The notes under the pieces: model-generated | Databases searched by the model: none | Told to the model about the DNA's origin: nothing | The model's input: the letters and a program-made list of their open reading frames with translations, nothing else | Shown: positions 1-12,755 of the stretch, one piece after another | How positions within the stretch are numbered: the first letter of the stretch is position 1 | Layout: every line of letters begins with the position of its first letter | Origin: Sphyrna mokarran | Lineage: Eukaryota | Assembly (NCBI GenBank): GCA_024679065.1 | Contig: JAGIQG010000001.1 | Location: forward strand, 154,442,001-154,506,000 | Direction: 5' to 3' | Length of the DNA: 64,000 nt | Program-made: the position numbers and the translations under genes

Positions 1-1297
1 GATAACATACTCTGGTGGTGTGAATGAGATCTCAAACTTTAACTTAACGTATGTTCACATAAAAATACAAAAATAGATATAATCTGACTATCATGAACTA
101 TTTGATGAATTACTCATTCTTCAAATACAGAGTAATTCAGGTACTTTGTCTAATAATTATCTGTTACTGTCGATACAATATCAATGATTAATATACTGAA
201 ATAGTAGATATTCAAATTACAAAGAACTTCTTTGGCATAAGATGTTAGTACAAAATGGCAGCTTGACCCTAACCTTTTGTAGAACGCAGTCTCTAAAAAT
301 GATCAAATTAAGCAAACTAAACCCTATTAAAACAAAATACAAAACCCAGGTTTGCTTACAACATAATGGGTATAAATCTTTCTAAGAAGGAAAGTACATT
401 CTCTTTTGAAAATTGTGCTTGTTTGGGCCTCTTCTGGCACCAGTTCTACTTCCTGCCAGTTTCACCCTGATGGGAAAGTGGCCAAAGCATCTTCTGCTCA
501 CCCGCTTGCTAAAATAAAGATCAGGTAATTGAGCATCATCAGTGCCAGGTTTGCATGTACGAAGAATGACTATGCTACTTTCTAGTGGGTGTTTTCACCA
601 TTCTGCAGAGCAAATTAAAATAAATGGCTGTAAGAAGGGATTGAATTAGTGGTTACATCCTCTGGGTCATTTTAATTGTCTCCCCGGCTGCCAAACCAAA
701 TTATTTCACCGTTATTATCACATCTTCCTTTTAGGACAGTCTAGCCCATTTGGCATCAACCTTAAATGTCTTTTAACTTCCTGTCATTTACGTTTGTTTT
801 TTTTCTTCCTGTATCTGCTTCTTTCCTTGACTAATCCATCCCTTTTTCAAATTCCTTTCATGTTATTGTATTTCATTGTGCCAAATGTTTCCTATTTCAT
901 ATGAGCTTGGAGTCAGTAGTGCACCCCTACAGTTTCTTTGTAATAATCTCGCTAAGGCCAGTGTTCCAATTCCAACACCCTTTTCTTACAACATGCAGAA
1001 GATACTGCTTCTGCAGCCACAGTATATGTGTCAAGCTCTTCCACGGCTGCCCTGAGTGGAGTCAGCTGGTTTTAAACCCTCTCCCACTGCTCCTTCCTTT
1101 TTGGGCGACCATCCACACACTTGATAGGGGAGCTCATATTTTGCAAGGCCCACAGAGAGGTCTATTGACAATCTCCAAGGCGATTCGTAGTAATTAACAA
1201 GACTTTATTTCTACTTACAGTCTGGGGGGATTTTCATAATGTATGTCTGTGGAAGGGTGAGATGGTTAGCAATGTTAAATGTATGTTTCTGAATTGA

Positions 1298-1710
1298 GTG
1301 TCAGCTGTGGCACAGTTGTACCATTGAGTTTGAGGCACAAAGTTTTAGATTCAATTCCAACAAAGGATTTGAATACAAAGGTCTATGCTGATGCCTTAAT
1401 GCAGTTTTGAGGAAAAGTGGCATTGTTGGAGGTGCTGTCTTATAGATCAGATGAGGTCCCATTTGATTGCTTGGGTGGATATTAAAATCCCATTATTCTG
1501 AAGAGGAGTAAGGGAATTATCCCCAGTGTTCTTGCCAATATTTCTTCCTCAATCAACATCGCAAAAAGCAGATCATCTGCTCATTATCATATTGTTATTT
1601 ATGGGAGTGGTGACAACACAATGATGAGTACACTTCGAAAAATACTTACTTGACTGCAAAGTGCTTTGAGACAACTGGAGGTTGCGAATATTATATATAC
1701 ATTCAACTCT
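1298..1710 (+). mobile_element. Deu-domain SINE (SacSINE1/AmnSINE1-like): tRNA-like head, Deu core, L2-type tail
   Basis: Head gtgtcagctgtggcacagttg...ttcaattcc; core ggaggtgctgtctt...gggtggatattaaaatccca...gaagaggagtaagggaattatccccagtgttcttgccaatattt; tail gcaaagtgctttgagac. Confidence 0.75.
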
Positions 1711-2124
1711 CTCTTTCTGATCAGTGCTGCTGGTGTGCATAGCTTGCTATGAGTAGCAGTTTTAGCCAGAGGCAACCTGTAAAAACTTTGTTCCAAAACA
1801 ATTTCATTATCACGATATGTAAACCATACATCATTTATGCTCCAAGTTATCTCAGCAACCCTCTTGGCAGCTTGGCTGGAACTCACTCAGCATTTTAAAC
1901 TCTGGTCAATACATTATATTAACTGGAAAGGTGGGTAGCGTATTTAAATTCTTCATCTCTAAAGTATGATAGACCCTGAAATTTTAATTGGAGTTCTCCT
2001 GATCTCCTCCTGAGGTCATTACATAAATGGCTATTTTCAATCATTTATGCCGGAACTTGGGAAGACCTGAAAAATCCCGGCAGAATTCCAAGGTCACTGA
2101 GTTTTGGCTTCAGCTGCCTAAGAA

Positions 2125-2390
2125 ATGTTTATTTTATTTAGAAGTGTTACAAGTAGGCTTACATTAACACTGCAGTTATATTACTGTGAAAATCCTCTCG
2201 TCACCACACTTTGGCGCTTGTTCAAGGACACTGAGAAATGCACCTAACCAGCATGTCTTTCAGACTGTGGGAGGAAACCCATGCAGACAAGGGGAGAACG
2301 TGTAGACTTTGCACAGACAGTGACCCAAGCCAGGAATCAAACTCGCATCCCTGGCACTGTAAACCAGCAGTGCCAACCACCATGCCACCC
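2125..2390 (-). mobile_element. V-SINE (HE1-like) with L2-type tail
   Basis: Reverse strand: tRNA head, V core (gggtttcctcccacagtc), tail ttttcacagtaa...gcagtgttaatgtaagcctacttgt. Confidence 0.85.
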
Positions 2391-3202
2391 CTATTGAAAT
2401 GTGTAGTATAACTGAGTTCAAGAAACAATTAGGTGCATTTTCGAACAGCAAAAGAATTAAGGAATATGTTTGGAAGCTGGTAGGTGGAGTTAATCTATAA
2501 CGGGACAAATAAATTGGTTAGCCTAGTTGTTTACTGTTCCGAAAAGGCATTTTTGTTTTGTTTTGCACAGTATTATGTAGTACCTTCTGCAGATTTTTAA
2601 TGTTAATTTCAATGTAAATTCACAGTCCCAGCATTAACCTATGTTTATTAAAATGTATCAATATTACTAAGAAGTTCAACAAGCAAGCCTTTTTTTCATT
2701 GATACATGAGTTTCCAAACTCCGTTAATTATTGAAATCCCCTTGCCCCAGCCTAGCTTTTCTTGCAATAAGGACAGACAAAATCGTGCAATGATTGTTTT
2801 GATCATGTGGGTAACACCTTAACTGGGATGAATGCTACAAAACTGAGAGTCGCTTTCTGCGCTTGCCTCTACTTATCTTTCAGGCCTTCCAACAGTAGGT
2901 GGTACTGCTGCTGCTCCAAGCTGTGCTTCCCAGCGCTGTTTGCCTGAGTGATACAGCAGGTACATTTTTCCTTTAGATTTATTAACCTTCCATTTTCTAT
3001 CAACACTTAATTTAATTTAATGCACCAGTTGTCTTTTCTAATATTTTTGCTTGTTATTTCATTTGGCTCATTCTTTTACTCATGCTTTCAGCCAACTTCA
3101 TGGACTTACCTACCTCCCATTTGCAGAGCCTCTGGATTCAGACTGTCGGACCTTCTCCCAACCCACAGACTTAGCGCCAAATTTGGGGCATTTATCCATC
3201 TT

Positions 3203-3402
3203 CATAGAGTCCCTATAGTGCAGAAGGGGGCCATTTGGCCCATCAAGTCTGTACTGGTTCTCTGACAGAGTATCTTACCGAGGCCCTCTTTTCCCCTTGT
3301 ACCCATAATTCCACATATTTATCTTGCTAATCCCCCAACTTACACATCCATCTAACCGAGACATCTTAAGATACTAAAGGGACAATTTAGCATGGCCAAT
3401 CC
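3203..3402 (-). mobile_element. V-SINE 3' half with CR1-type tail
   Basis: catagagtccctatagtgcagaagggggccatttggcccatc...gggacaatttagcatggccaat. Confidence 0.75.
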
Positions 3403-3559
3403 TGCTATCCTGCTCCTAACAGCCCAGGTATATTGATCAATAGATTCATGACTCATGCCATTCTTTCCTGATTTGTAATCTACTTAACATCCTTACCTAT
3501 TCTCCAGGTCCATATCTCCATTTTAATTGTTCCGTTGACAATTTCCTGGCTCTGGGAAA

Positions 3560-4190
3560 CATTTTTTAGAATGTTTATATCATTATGAAAGGAACGTAAC
3601 ATGGTGTCCTCCCTAAAATGCTTTTTGAATTTTAAAAAGTCAAATTGCTGAATTCTCACTTCTGGGAAAACAGCAAAGCTTATAATGAGATGGAGGATAG
3701 GACTTTCTAAAATGCACTGTTGAGTGTGATTGGGATGGGTTATAAAGGAATAGGGGGCTGATGGTGAGGGACAGTTTGGGGGTGCTGTAGACTGAAGCGT
3801 TTGCTGAGATGTATGTAAGAACTGATCAGTTAAAAGAATAACTGGTTTGGGTGAGGTGGTGCCTTAAGAATGGAACTTACTAATGGGGAGATGATGACAA
3901 GAAAGGAGTAAAGACTGGTGAATAAACTTGGTGAGAGGAAAACATTAAGCACAGCGTGTGGAGAGGAAGGAGGAGTGCAGAGAATGGGGTTGAGTAAGAG
4001 GGAATAGATAATGGGATAGCAGGTGATGCAAGATAAGTGACAGAATGCAATATTAGGTGACAAAACAGCCAGGAGTTTATGATGATGCAGGGTGTGAGAA
4101 GCTGATGCAAAAAAAGCGAGAGCGTTGGGGGAAAGGGCTGGAAGAAACAAGAGAGTAAAAGGGATAGGGGGAATTTTGCCATGAAAAATA
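3560..4190 (-). mobile_element. Old LINE fragment, probably L2
   Basis: Purine-rich + strand with degenerate Pro/Leu/Ser-rich minus-strand frames; no clear motif. Confidence 0.35.
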
Positions 4191-4899
4191 CTGAAACTAG
4201 GTCCTGGCTCATCCTTTTTTATCTTTTTTATTATTTGAATAATATTCCGTATTCCTGTTTGGTGAAAACCATTTGTAGTGTCCCTGAATCTTTAATTATG
4301 CAGTCTTGATCCCTGCCCAAGAGCGTGAAGTTGGAAAATTACCCCTATCAAAAACTTCCTGGAAGGAATCCAGTGGTGGTTCAGTAGCTGAAATGGTTGA
4401 TGAATAACTGAGACAAAGAGACCAGGCTTGGCTTCTGCCCAGCAATTCCTGGTGTGTGCTGAATTAACTGATCTTAGTGGACCGGCATTGGAGACACAAC
4501 CACTGAACCAGCATTCTCTAGCTGGCAAAGGGCAACAATAAAAGAATGAGGCAGGGTTCTTGATGGAATGTGCATAGGGTTGGGTGCCAATTCAAAGCTG
4601 TTGGTAACTGAATACTGTGTGGGCCACAATTCTGTTGATTTTCTCTCAGTTACAGAAGGGCTGTTGGCAAAGTTGGGAGTGGAGTGGACTGGAGCATCAG
4701 GAGCAATACTAAAACATAGTAAAGGGGAATATAATGTACATTGGAAGCATCAGGAATGAATGGGATGGTGGGGTGAGGTTGGGACACTTAGGCTTGTAGG
4801 TGCATGACTCTCATTCTGACGACACCAAATGAGGGATTTGAGGTGGGATTAATGACTGTTCTTTGTTTCATTACAGAGTGTGATCATATCTGAGGGAGG

Positions 4900-5220
4900 A
4901 GAATCATAGAAATCCTACAGTGCAGAAAGAGGACCTTCTGCCCATCAAGTCTGCAATCCCAACCAGGCCCTACCCCCACATCCCTATATATATCCCTCTA
5001 ACCTATGCATCCCTAGGCACTAAGGGGCAATTCCTTAGCACGGCCAATCAACCTAACCCACACATCTTTGAACTGTGGGAGGAAACCGGAGTACCTGGAG
5101 GAAACCCACACAGACATGAGGAAAATGTGCAAACGCCACACAGACAGTGACCCAAGCTGGGAATCAAACCCAGAACCCTGGAGCTGTGGAGTAGCAGTGC
5201 TAACCACTGTGCTACCGTGC
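4900..5220 (-). mobile_element. V-SINE (HE1-like), near full length, CR1-type tail
   Basis: Reverse strand gcacggtagcacagtggttagcactgc (box A) ... gggtttgattcc (box B), V core, tail ttctgcactgtaggatttctatgattc. Confidence 0.9.
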
Positions 5221-5259
5221 TGAGAGAGGTTGCCAGCTGCCAATCAAAGGACTAGTTAG

Positions 5260-6240
5260 ATATGCGTGTCAAGGGAGGGGGGAATAAAATGAGAGAGCAG
5301 CTGTCAGTCAAAGGAACATTCGGATATAGGTGTTGGGGAACAGGAAAATAAAAAAGGGAAAGCTGTTAGTCAAGGGAACAGCTGGATATGGGGAAGGGGA
5401 AATGACTGAAGTGCCAGTTACAAGTAGCAGTTGCAGTGTTTGAAGGGGGGTTGATATAGGTATTAGGGAAAGGGGGATGTCTTTCTCCTTCTGAGTACAC
5501 ATACCAACTAACTTAAGAGCAGCTTCTTCTCTGTTGCCATCAGACTTTTGAATGGACCTACCTCACATCTTCCTCTGCACCCTAGCTACGACTGTAACAC
5601 CACATTCTCCACTCACTCCTTCCCTTCTCTATGTATGGTATGCTTTGTATGTGTAGTGCGCAAGAAACAATACTTTTCATTGAATACTAATACATGTTAC
5701 AATCATAAATCCAATCAAAAAAATGACAGCAGCAGTTGGATAGGGTGTGTGGTGGGGGCTTCGATATGGGTATCAGGAGGCGGGGGGGGGGGGGGTGGAT
5801 GAAAAGAGAGTGCAGCTATCAGTCAAGGGAACAGTTGGATATGACTGTCAGGGGAAAAGGAAAGTAGCTGAAGCTATCAGTTACAGCAGCAGCTGGATAT
5901 GGGGTGTGTGTGCGGTAGGGGATTGGATATGGGTGTTAGGGGAGATAAGAATGTGGATAAAAAGGGAGAGCAGCTGCCAGTGAGGGAACAGTTGGATATG
6001 GGTGTTGGGTAGGAGGGAAGTGGTTGAAGCTGTCAGTCAAAGCAGCATTTGGACATGGGTCTGTGTTGGGGGGGGGGGGGGGGGTTGGATATGGGTGTGT
6101 ATGTGTGGGGAGGTTGGATAGGGTGCCGGAGGGGGAGGGGGGGTGAATAAAAAGGGAGTGCAGCTGTCAGTTCCAGGGAACAGTTGGATACTGGGAGGGG
6201 GAAAAGTGGGCTGGAGCTGTCAGTCACAGCAGCAGCTGGG
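5260..6240 (+). repeat. Degenerate G-rich tandem repeat (~45-60 nt units) upstream of SETD7
   Basis: Recurring (c)agctgtcagtcaagggaacagttggatatgggtgt...ggg units, poly-G runs near 5782 and 6068, interrupted by a LINE tail at ~5500-5722. Confidence 0.8.
5500..5722 (+). mobile_element. 3' end of a Rex1/Babar-like LINE
   Basis: aagagcagcttcttctctgttgccatcagacttttgaat (KSSFFSVAIRLLN, Rex1-type C-terminus) plus tail; same family inverted at 45497-45705. Confidence 0.6.
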
Positions 6241-6650
6241 GGATGATGTCAGCGTCTGAACGCTGATTCCGGTTGAAGCAGGCAGTGTAGGGAGGCAGAG
6301 TTAGATAGAGGCAGTTCCCCCGGCCGGAGAGCAGCTCCCAGTCTTCGGGGCACCGAGAACAGGCAGCATGATGGACAGTGACGATGATAACGTGGAGGAG
6401 ACGGTAGAAGGTGAGTAGTGGGAATGTGTGCGGGGTTTGTTCCACACAGCCGCCTCCCCCCCCCCCCACTCCCCGCCCCTTGAAAGAAACCGAGCAGGAG
6501 GGAGGGACAGTGCGGTGCAGAGATATCCGGCCCCCAAATCACGCCTTTTAAAAGCGACTATTTTGTGTAACCGAACAAAGCATCGCAAACGTGCGCTGGT
6601 GAGAGGGGGGGAAAAAAAACCCATTCGCGACCACCCATAACCAGCACGGT
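6240..6650 (+). promoter_or_regulatory. SETD7: CpG-rich promoter, 5' UTR and start of intron 1 of SETD7
   Basis: Local CpG/GC enrichment in a CpG-depleted background; ETS core ttccgg 6267-6272; CRE/ATF-like tgatgtca 6244-6251; GC box cccgccc near 6472. Confidence 0.75.
6368..6410 (+). CDS. SETD7: SETD7 coding exon 1: (M)MDSDDDNVEETVE|G
   Basis: Tandem ATGs at 6368 and 6371; matches the vertebrate SETD7 N-terminus MDSDDE.VEE.VEG; donor gtgagt at 6411. Confidence 0.95.
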
Positions 6651-7520
6651 TCTAAATGAAATAAATGTTCAGAGGGGGAAAAAAAGTTTACTTTGGCGGC
6701 AGATCTTCCAGGGTTTTAATTTTTTTTTTTGCAAATCAACTAAAAGTGCCGATGTTAAAATTGGCAAAATCAATGGGTGCCAACTATAAGAATCAAAAAA
6801 AAAAATTCTCTTCGAAAAGAAACGTTCCTGGAATTCAGTGCATCCAAAGAAAAAGTAATTGGTTTAAAAATGAATGTGTTGGGCTACTTTAACAGTTATG
6901 TAATCCGGATTATTGTGATGCAGGCATTTCGAGTCAGTCGTGCAGAGTGAAAGCACCAGTGTTCTGGTGGGGGCGAAACTACACAGTGGGAATTTGCTGC
7001 ACACACAATTCACCTTCAGGGGTAAAGAGAGAGCCTCTTATTCCTTCTACAATGTAATCTTTGGCTCTGTTCCCCACGGGGGTAATTGCCCCTATTGTTA
7101 CCAATTTGATTGTACGATTCTTTGCCTCCATCAGGCCACTTGATAAGAACAAAGTTTCCCTATTTAATTTTAAATGTTACCAGCAACCGCGAGAGCAGAG
7201 GGGGTTAAACAAAAACAAATTTATCTTCCCTACCTTCCCCTCCCTTGTCATTGCGTGCTGATTTCAGTCGTGACAAATAACCCAGAGAAAAAAGTCACCA
7301 TCTCCAAACTGGATCTCACGTGGATTTAAAAACAACCATTCTTGAGCCTTCCTCCCGATCAAGTAAACAGGATCTAGGTGGTGTTTATAGTCAATAGCAG
7401 ATACTTAGTGTTTTAATGTTGCAGTAATGTGCAATTTTTTGGGGGGGAGGGTGGTTAAAATTATTTTACTTTTTGTGTGTCTGTCTGAGGTTCAGTAAGT
7501 TTAAAATGTTCCTGTTGTAG

Positions 7521-7650
7521 GTCCCTTGGATGAAGATAACCAGCCACATGGGTTCTGTAAAGTTACCTATGCCTCTGGTGACAGATTTGAAGGGCATTTT
7601 GTACATGGTGAGAAGAATGGTCGTGGGAAGTTCTATTTTTTTGATGGCAG
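7521..7650 (+). CDS. SETD7: SETD7 exon 2 (MORN repeats): GPLDEDNQPHGFCKVTYASGDRFEGHFVHGEKNGRGKFYFFDG
   Basis: Acceptor ttgtag, donor gtaaaa, 130 nt, phase continuous. Confidence 0.97.
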
Positions 7651-7994
7651 GTAAAAAAAACACAAGACCATCAATTTGAAACTTAACTTTAGCAGGATTT
7701 TTGTTTGTTGCCTGTGGTTTGGATTGTGTACATTTGTTTGGGGGATGGTCACTTTCTGTTCAGCCACTTGGTGCCAGCAAAATTTTGCGTTTATAGTCTG
7801 TGAATGCAGGAGATTCACATTCTGTAATGGATGTTTTGTTTAAATTGACTTTTGTAGACATTTGATAGTGTGTGCTTGCTGTAGTGTAACCTCAACAAAT
7901 TTCTGCTTTGCAAAACTGAAAATAATGTATTTTATGTTTTGACACACATCTATGGTGACAGTTAATAACCTATCTCTGGGTACTGTGCCCTAAG

Positions 7995-8296
7995 AGGGTG
8001 TTGGCAACCATGGATTTAGCATTGGACTGGTCCATGAATTTGCTTGTGGCAATCATGGACTTAGCACTGGATAGTCTGTGATTGTGCTTGGCAAAGTACT
8101 GCAGTGATTTGCCATTGCCTTCTGCAGTGTCAAACTTTCTCTTCTTCCAACATTTCTGCCATCAGGTGTATTGGAAGGCTGATGAACAACCTGTTTGGCC
8201 ATGTTATGAGTTCACCTTCCTTGGCTCCTGAAGTGTGACTTGAACCCAGAGTCTCTGGCTTAGAGGTAGGGACACTACTCACAGTGCCATAAGAGC
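7995..8296 (-). mobile_element. tRNA-headed SINE with RTE (BovB-like) motif
   Basis: Reverse strand: tggcactgtgagtagtg...gggttcaagtcac head, then gcagaaggcaatggcaaatcactgcagtactttgccaag; short tandem duplication at ~8000-8090. Confidence 0.6.
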
Positions 8297-8441
8297 TCCT
8301 AGATCAAAAGAGTTGAGTTCTAAATCTTTTCAGTTGCCGAGGGAGGTCTTTTCTTTCCTATTTTCTCTTTTTTCAATGGTGTCGATCTTCATGAAGGGAA
8401 GGATGGACGTCTCCAAGAATGGGATGAGTGCTGCCTTGCTG

Positions 8442-8476
8442 TGATGTAGAGATGCCGGCGTTGGACTGTGGTAAAC
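8442..8476 (-). mobile_element. 35-bp Penelope terminal fragment between 13-bp direct repeats
   Basis: tgatgtagagatgccggcgttggactg matches the ends at ~25650 and ~31400; flanks tgctgccttgctg / tgttgccttgctg. Confidence 0.6.
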
Positions 8477-9707
8477 TGTTGCCTTGCTGAGCAGTAGCTT
8501 TGTTTATATCACGAGGAGCACATTGAGGTCCTTGTCTCCTAATGTGTCCAGAGCAGAATCATGAAGTAATCTTGGGTGTATTAAGTCAAAATGCATTGCA
8601 TGCAGAATGACCTCCAGCAATTAATTATTCATGGAGTTGAGGTAGAGAGAAAGGCAAGTCTTTAAAGCTGAGTATATGGAAGAAAAATGTTGTATGATCC
8701 AAGTGACCAAAACACTGTATTGCATTATTACATTTTAATAAATCTTTTAGTTTGAGGACAAAATAGTGGTCTAGTGAAATCGCATTTAATATTGTTTATA
8801 TCTATACTCATTTTTGCAGGCAAAACTTAACTTGCTATGATTTTTAGTTTTCACATAAATTCCTAAGTCATCATTTATAATAGGATATATCTAGGTTGCG
8901 TTATCTTGTTACTACATTGTAATAGGTTTGGTCACCACATATCGTACTGCCTGCCACAAGGCATCAGTGCAGGTGAGAGCGGACAATGGGAAGGTCCATT
9001 GACCTCGGGCGGGATTTTATAATTTCAGGACAAGCAATGCTGTAAAATCCCACCCCAAATATTTTCTGAAGTTTCTCCATCTGAAATTTTTACTCTTACT
9101 AATTCACATTTTAAATCCCCAAGATGAGGATTTTTATGAAAAATAAAAATTTCAAGAAGTGTTAAATTTAAAAGCCTCCGTCTTTCCTGAAAGTTCATGA
9201 GTTTTTAACTCTTTCAGTTTAGTTGTGCAGTTTGAGCCTGTGCAGTGTACCTAATTTCCCACCATGTCCATCAACCACATTGGAATATTTTTCTGCAGCT
9301 TCCAAAAAATTTTATTGAGGGAAATGCATGTGTATTGATCAGCATTATAAATGAGATACAATATAATTTTTTTCTAAGAGCTGCATGTCAGTTTGGTGTT
9401 ACAAAAAAAACCTTACAGAAGTTAAACTTGAGTCTCTGTTCATTCAAAAAAGAATTTGAACACTAATGTCAATTAATTATCCCATCTATGCAATGGTTAC
9501 AGTTTTTTCTTTAAAAGTCAGTGCTAGCCACTTACACCTATGAGAGTTTCTAATCTTGACAAGACAAACAGAAAAGCCTGCATGAGTTGAGGGAGTGAGA
9601 CAGGAAGAATAAAATAATTAGAGAAAAGTGGGCAGTTTTTCTTTTCAGTCTTATTTTTAAATAAAATGAGTAAAACAAAACCTTTGGAAATTAGAAGACA
9701 CGAAAGC

Positions 9708-9863
9708 ATAGAATAGACTCCTACAGTGCAGAAGGAGGCCATTCGGCCCATCAAGTCTGCTCCGACCACAATCTCACCCAAACTCCACAAACAGTGACCC
9801 AAGCCGGGAATCAAACCTGGGTCCATGGTGATATGAGGCAGCAGTGATAACCACTGTGCCACC
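9708..9863 (-). mobile_element. V-SINE, internally deleted, CR1-type tail
   Basis: Tail joined directly to head region; V core missing. Confidence 0.85.
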
Positions 9864-10859
9864 TGACAGGGGGAGCAGAAAAAGAAAGAAACAGATTGAG
9901 CAAGGGGAGCCATTGTGCATCTACTTCTGGGGGCAGGCCAGTAGAAGTAATGAACCTAATGCAGTGCATTTACGTGAAAGAGGTGGCAAGGCCAAGAGGA
10001 AGTAAAATTGAATGGGCTGGAAAATGAGCAGTTGGTTCTATTCTATTTGTTTCCCATCAGAAAGCTAGGTTAATAACTTATCCTGGTGTTCCAGTTGGAA
10101 CTGTTGAAATTTGAGGCTGGAGATGAGGATTGGCATGCACATGAACTGGCAAAGAAACGTGTGGCCAGAATAAGTCTGGTAATTGGAGTCAGTTGGTGTT
10201 TTTAGATTCACCATTTAGATAAAATTGGATTTTATTCCAAATGATAAAATGTGGGATGATATTGATGATATCCAGATGTTTCCATTATTAATCACCCGAA
10301 ATTGGTACAAAAATAAATATGCTAGCTTGCAATACTACTTACTAGGCAGAAAAGCACGTGCTGTTATCTCATCGGTCCTTTGATGGAATGGACAAAGATA
10401 TTCTTGATGCACTTCTCGGATCTTTATAATATAATATGTGCAGGAACAAATTTACTAAATTGATACATCTTCTTGACACTTCAAGCAATGATTATTCAAC
10501 TTGAAGACCAGCAGAAATAATTTTGAAGTTAGGGGCATTACTGACTATGAAGGTCTTTGAACCAAAAGTTAAGTCATGCAGCTGTTAGTTTTAAACAAAA
10601 ATATAGAACACTTGCCAGCCAGCAAGTCAGCAGTATAAGTTGAGAAAACAGCTCAGTTAACTTTTCGGGTACAACCCACTCTTTAGAGCTGGTTAAATGA
10701 GAACAAAACAATGGTAGGGAGGAAAAATACACGTAAGGCATAGTGATTTACAGAGTGCTACAATAGGATCAGAAAATGGTTAAAATGTAGAAGCAATTAT
10801 GTACAGGAGTCAAAAAAAAAGCTGAGATTAATCAAGGAAACAAGGCACATACATTCATC

Positions 10860-11585
10860 ACCTCAGTTTCTCAAAGTGATTTGAAGTGTGGTTCACTGTT
10901 GTAATGTAGGAAGTATAGCAGTCAATTTTCACAAAACAGCAACAAGGCAATGACAAAATAACTTTTTTCATTGATTTTATTTTTATTTCCATAAATACAC
11001 TTTATTCAAAAAATATAAAAGTACATTGTTCAAATTTGACATCACATAAATGTGGTGCAGATCAGTTTCTTTCACTATGTACATGAGCTGCCTAATTACA
11101 GGTTATATTTATAATGTACATTTGCGTTTCATGTCAGACCATTTTCTAGTCGTTATAGTTTGAATCATCTTAGAAGGTGGGTGAAGGGAAGAGGTTGCTG
11201 CTTAGAAAGTGGCCTTTCACCATTGAGACTTTGTAGCAGCTGCACTGAACTTTAGTGTGACTCTCAGCACATAGTCCTAAGACCTTAATGGCCAGTCTAC
11301 AACACGCTGTTTGTAGTGAGACTCTGTGTGTATATTTTATATTGGCCTGGAGACTGAGGAGAAAACCCTTGCTGCTGAAATAGTCGTGAGATGTTTTCTA
11401 TTCAGCTCACAGTAAAAACGGAGCATTAGTTTAATGTCTCATCTGAAAGGCAGTGCCTTTGACAATACAGTAATCCCTCGGTATTAGATTGGAATGTCAG
11501 CCTGGACTTTACGCCGAGGTCTCTGGAATGGGATTGGAAGCTGCAGTCCTCTGACTCAGAATGCTACCAACTCACCCGTGGCTGC
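10860..11585 (-). mobile_element. Deu-domain SINE split by a Tx1/L1-type insertion
   Basis: Tail part 10860-10970; core and head part 11330-11585 (tttaatgtctcatctgaaaggcagtgcctttgacaatacagtaatccctc). Confidence 0.65.
10975..11310 (-). mobile_element. 3' end of a Tx1/L1-like LINE
   Basis: Reverse strand encodes degenerate CCRLA..DYVLRVTLKFSAAATKSQW, followed by 3' UTR and A-rich tail. Confidence 0.5.
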
Positions 11586-12755
11586 TGTACAAGATATGAA
11601 TGAAAGAAGAGCTAGACAGACAAATAAACAGAATGGGAGATCTGCAAAATCAACAATTTTTAAATGCTGCAATAACCTGGGAATCGAGCAGAAGTAAATT
11701 AGGTTGACATTCAAGAGTACAGACCACACCAAACTGTCTCTTCTCTTCCCTTCCCCCAACCTCCCTAACACAAATTCACTCCTTTCCATTTCAAGAAATG
11801 CCAACACATGAAAATCCTTGTCATTTTATGCTAAGGGGCAGATTTCCGGACACAGCTCCATTATCAATAAAGAGTTCAGTTAGTCTCTCAAGAGTGTAAA
11901 ATTCTTTGAGCAGCTAGACACACTGCAAGGCCATGAAATGACCCAACATGAGTGGGAGACTTGATGCTTGTTGCCAACTTGCTAATAAACTGCTCAATGA
12001 GCTAGCCATATTGTGGTGTGTGTGAGGAGGACAGTGAAATAGCAGTTATAGGGCTGGCAACAGTGGGCTCGTATGATGTGGTGAGGCAGAAACCATTTGT
12101 GTGTGTTTAAGATATAAGAAAGTTAGTTATATGGTCACTGCTGACAGGGATGGAGGAGGAAAGGTAATGAAACAACACTCTTTTATAATTGTTTTAATAC
12201 AGCAATTGCAGCTACCTTGTGATGTTACAAGTCTGTCCAGTGTGATATTTTGTACCCGGCTGGCACTATGTAAATAAGATGGTACGGTGCCATTTAGTGT
12301 TTGGAACAGTGAAACAAACAGGACTGCACTGCTTGTTTGTTTTTCCAGCGAATTACATAAACTGATCATGAAGGTCAAATACTTAATGTTGAAGTTGAGA
12401 CTGGTTGTTGTGATTAATACAATTAATTTATTCCTATTGTTACTGTACACTGCTAACCCTTTGAGTATTGTGTTTTCCATACTGTTTTTAAATTTACTTT
12501 TATCCATCCAAAGTCAGAGTTAAAATTTCCCGTTGCCAGTCAGTGGTGATTTTAGGGAAAATAAACAATGGCATACGTCATGCCTACCCCTCTCAAATAG
12601 GAACAAAATAATTCTTGTTATCCTCTCTTATTTGTCCTTAAAAAGATCTCATCAATAATATTACTGTGTAATTAGCTAATTATATTGTGAATATTTTTTC
12701 CTAGCTTGCAAAGTAAATATATTAGGAGGATGAGGGCAGGAGGAGATGAAAAAAG

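Noticed and set aside
2884-2959. Possible + strand exon (tttcag ... cag|gtacat) or exon of a neighbouring gene such as MGST2
   Set aside because: No recognisable protein in any frame; splice-like sites alone are insufficient.
4900-5220. tRNA genes
   Set aside because: tRNA-like boxes here and elsewhere are SINE heads continuing into V core and LINE tails.
6243-6266. 7-codon upstream ORF (MMSASER*)
   Set aside because: Transcription start is unknown; it overlaps promoter motifs and may lie outside the mRNA.
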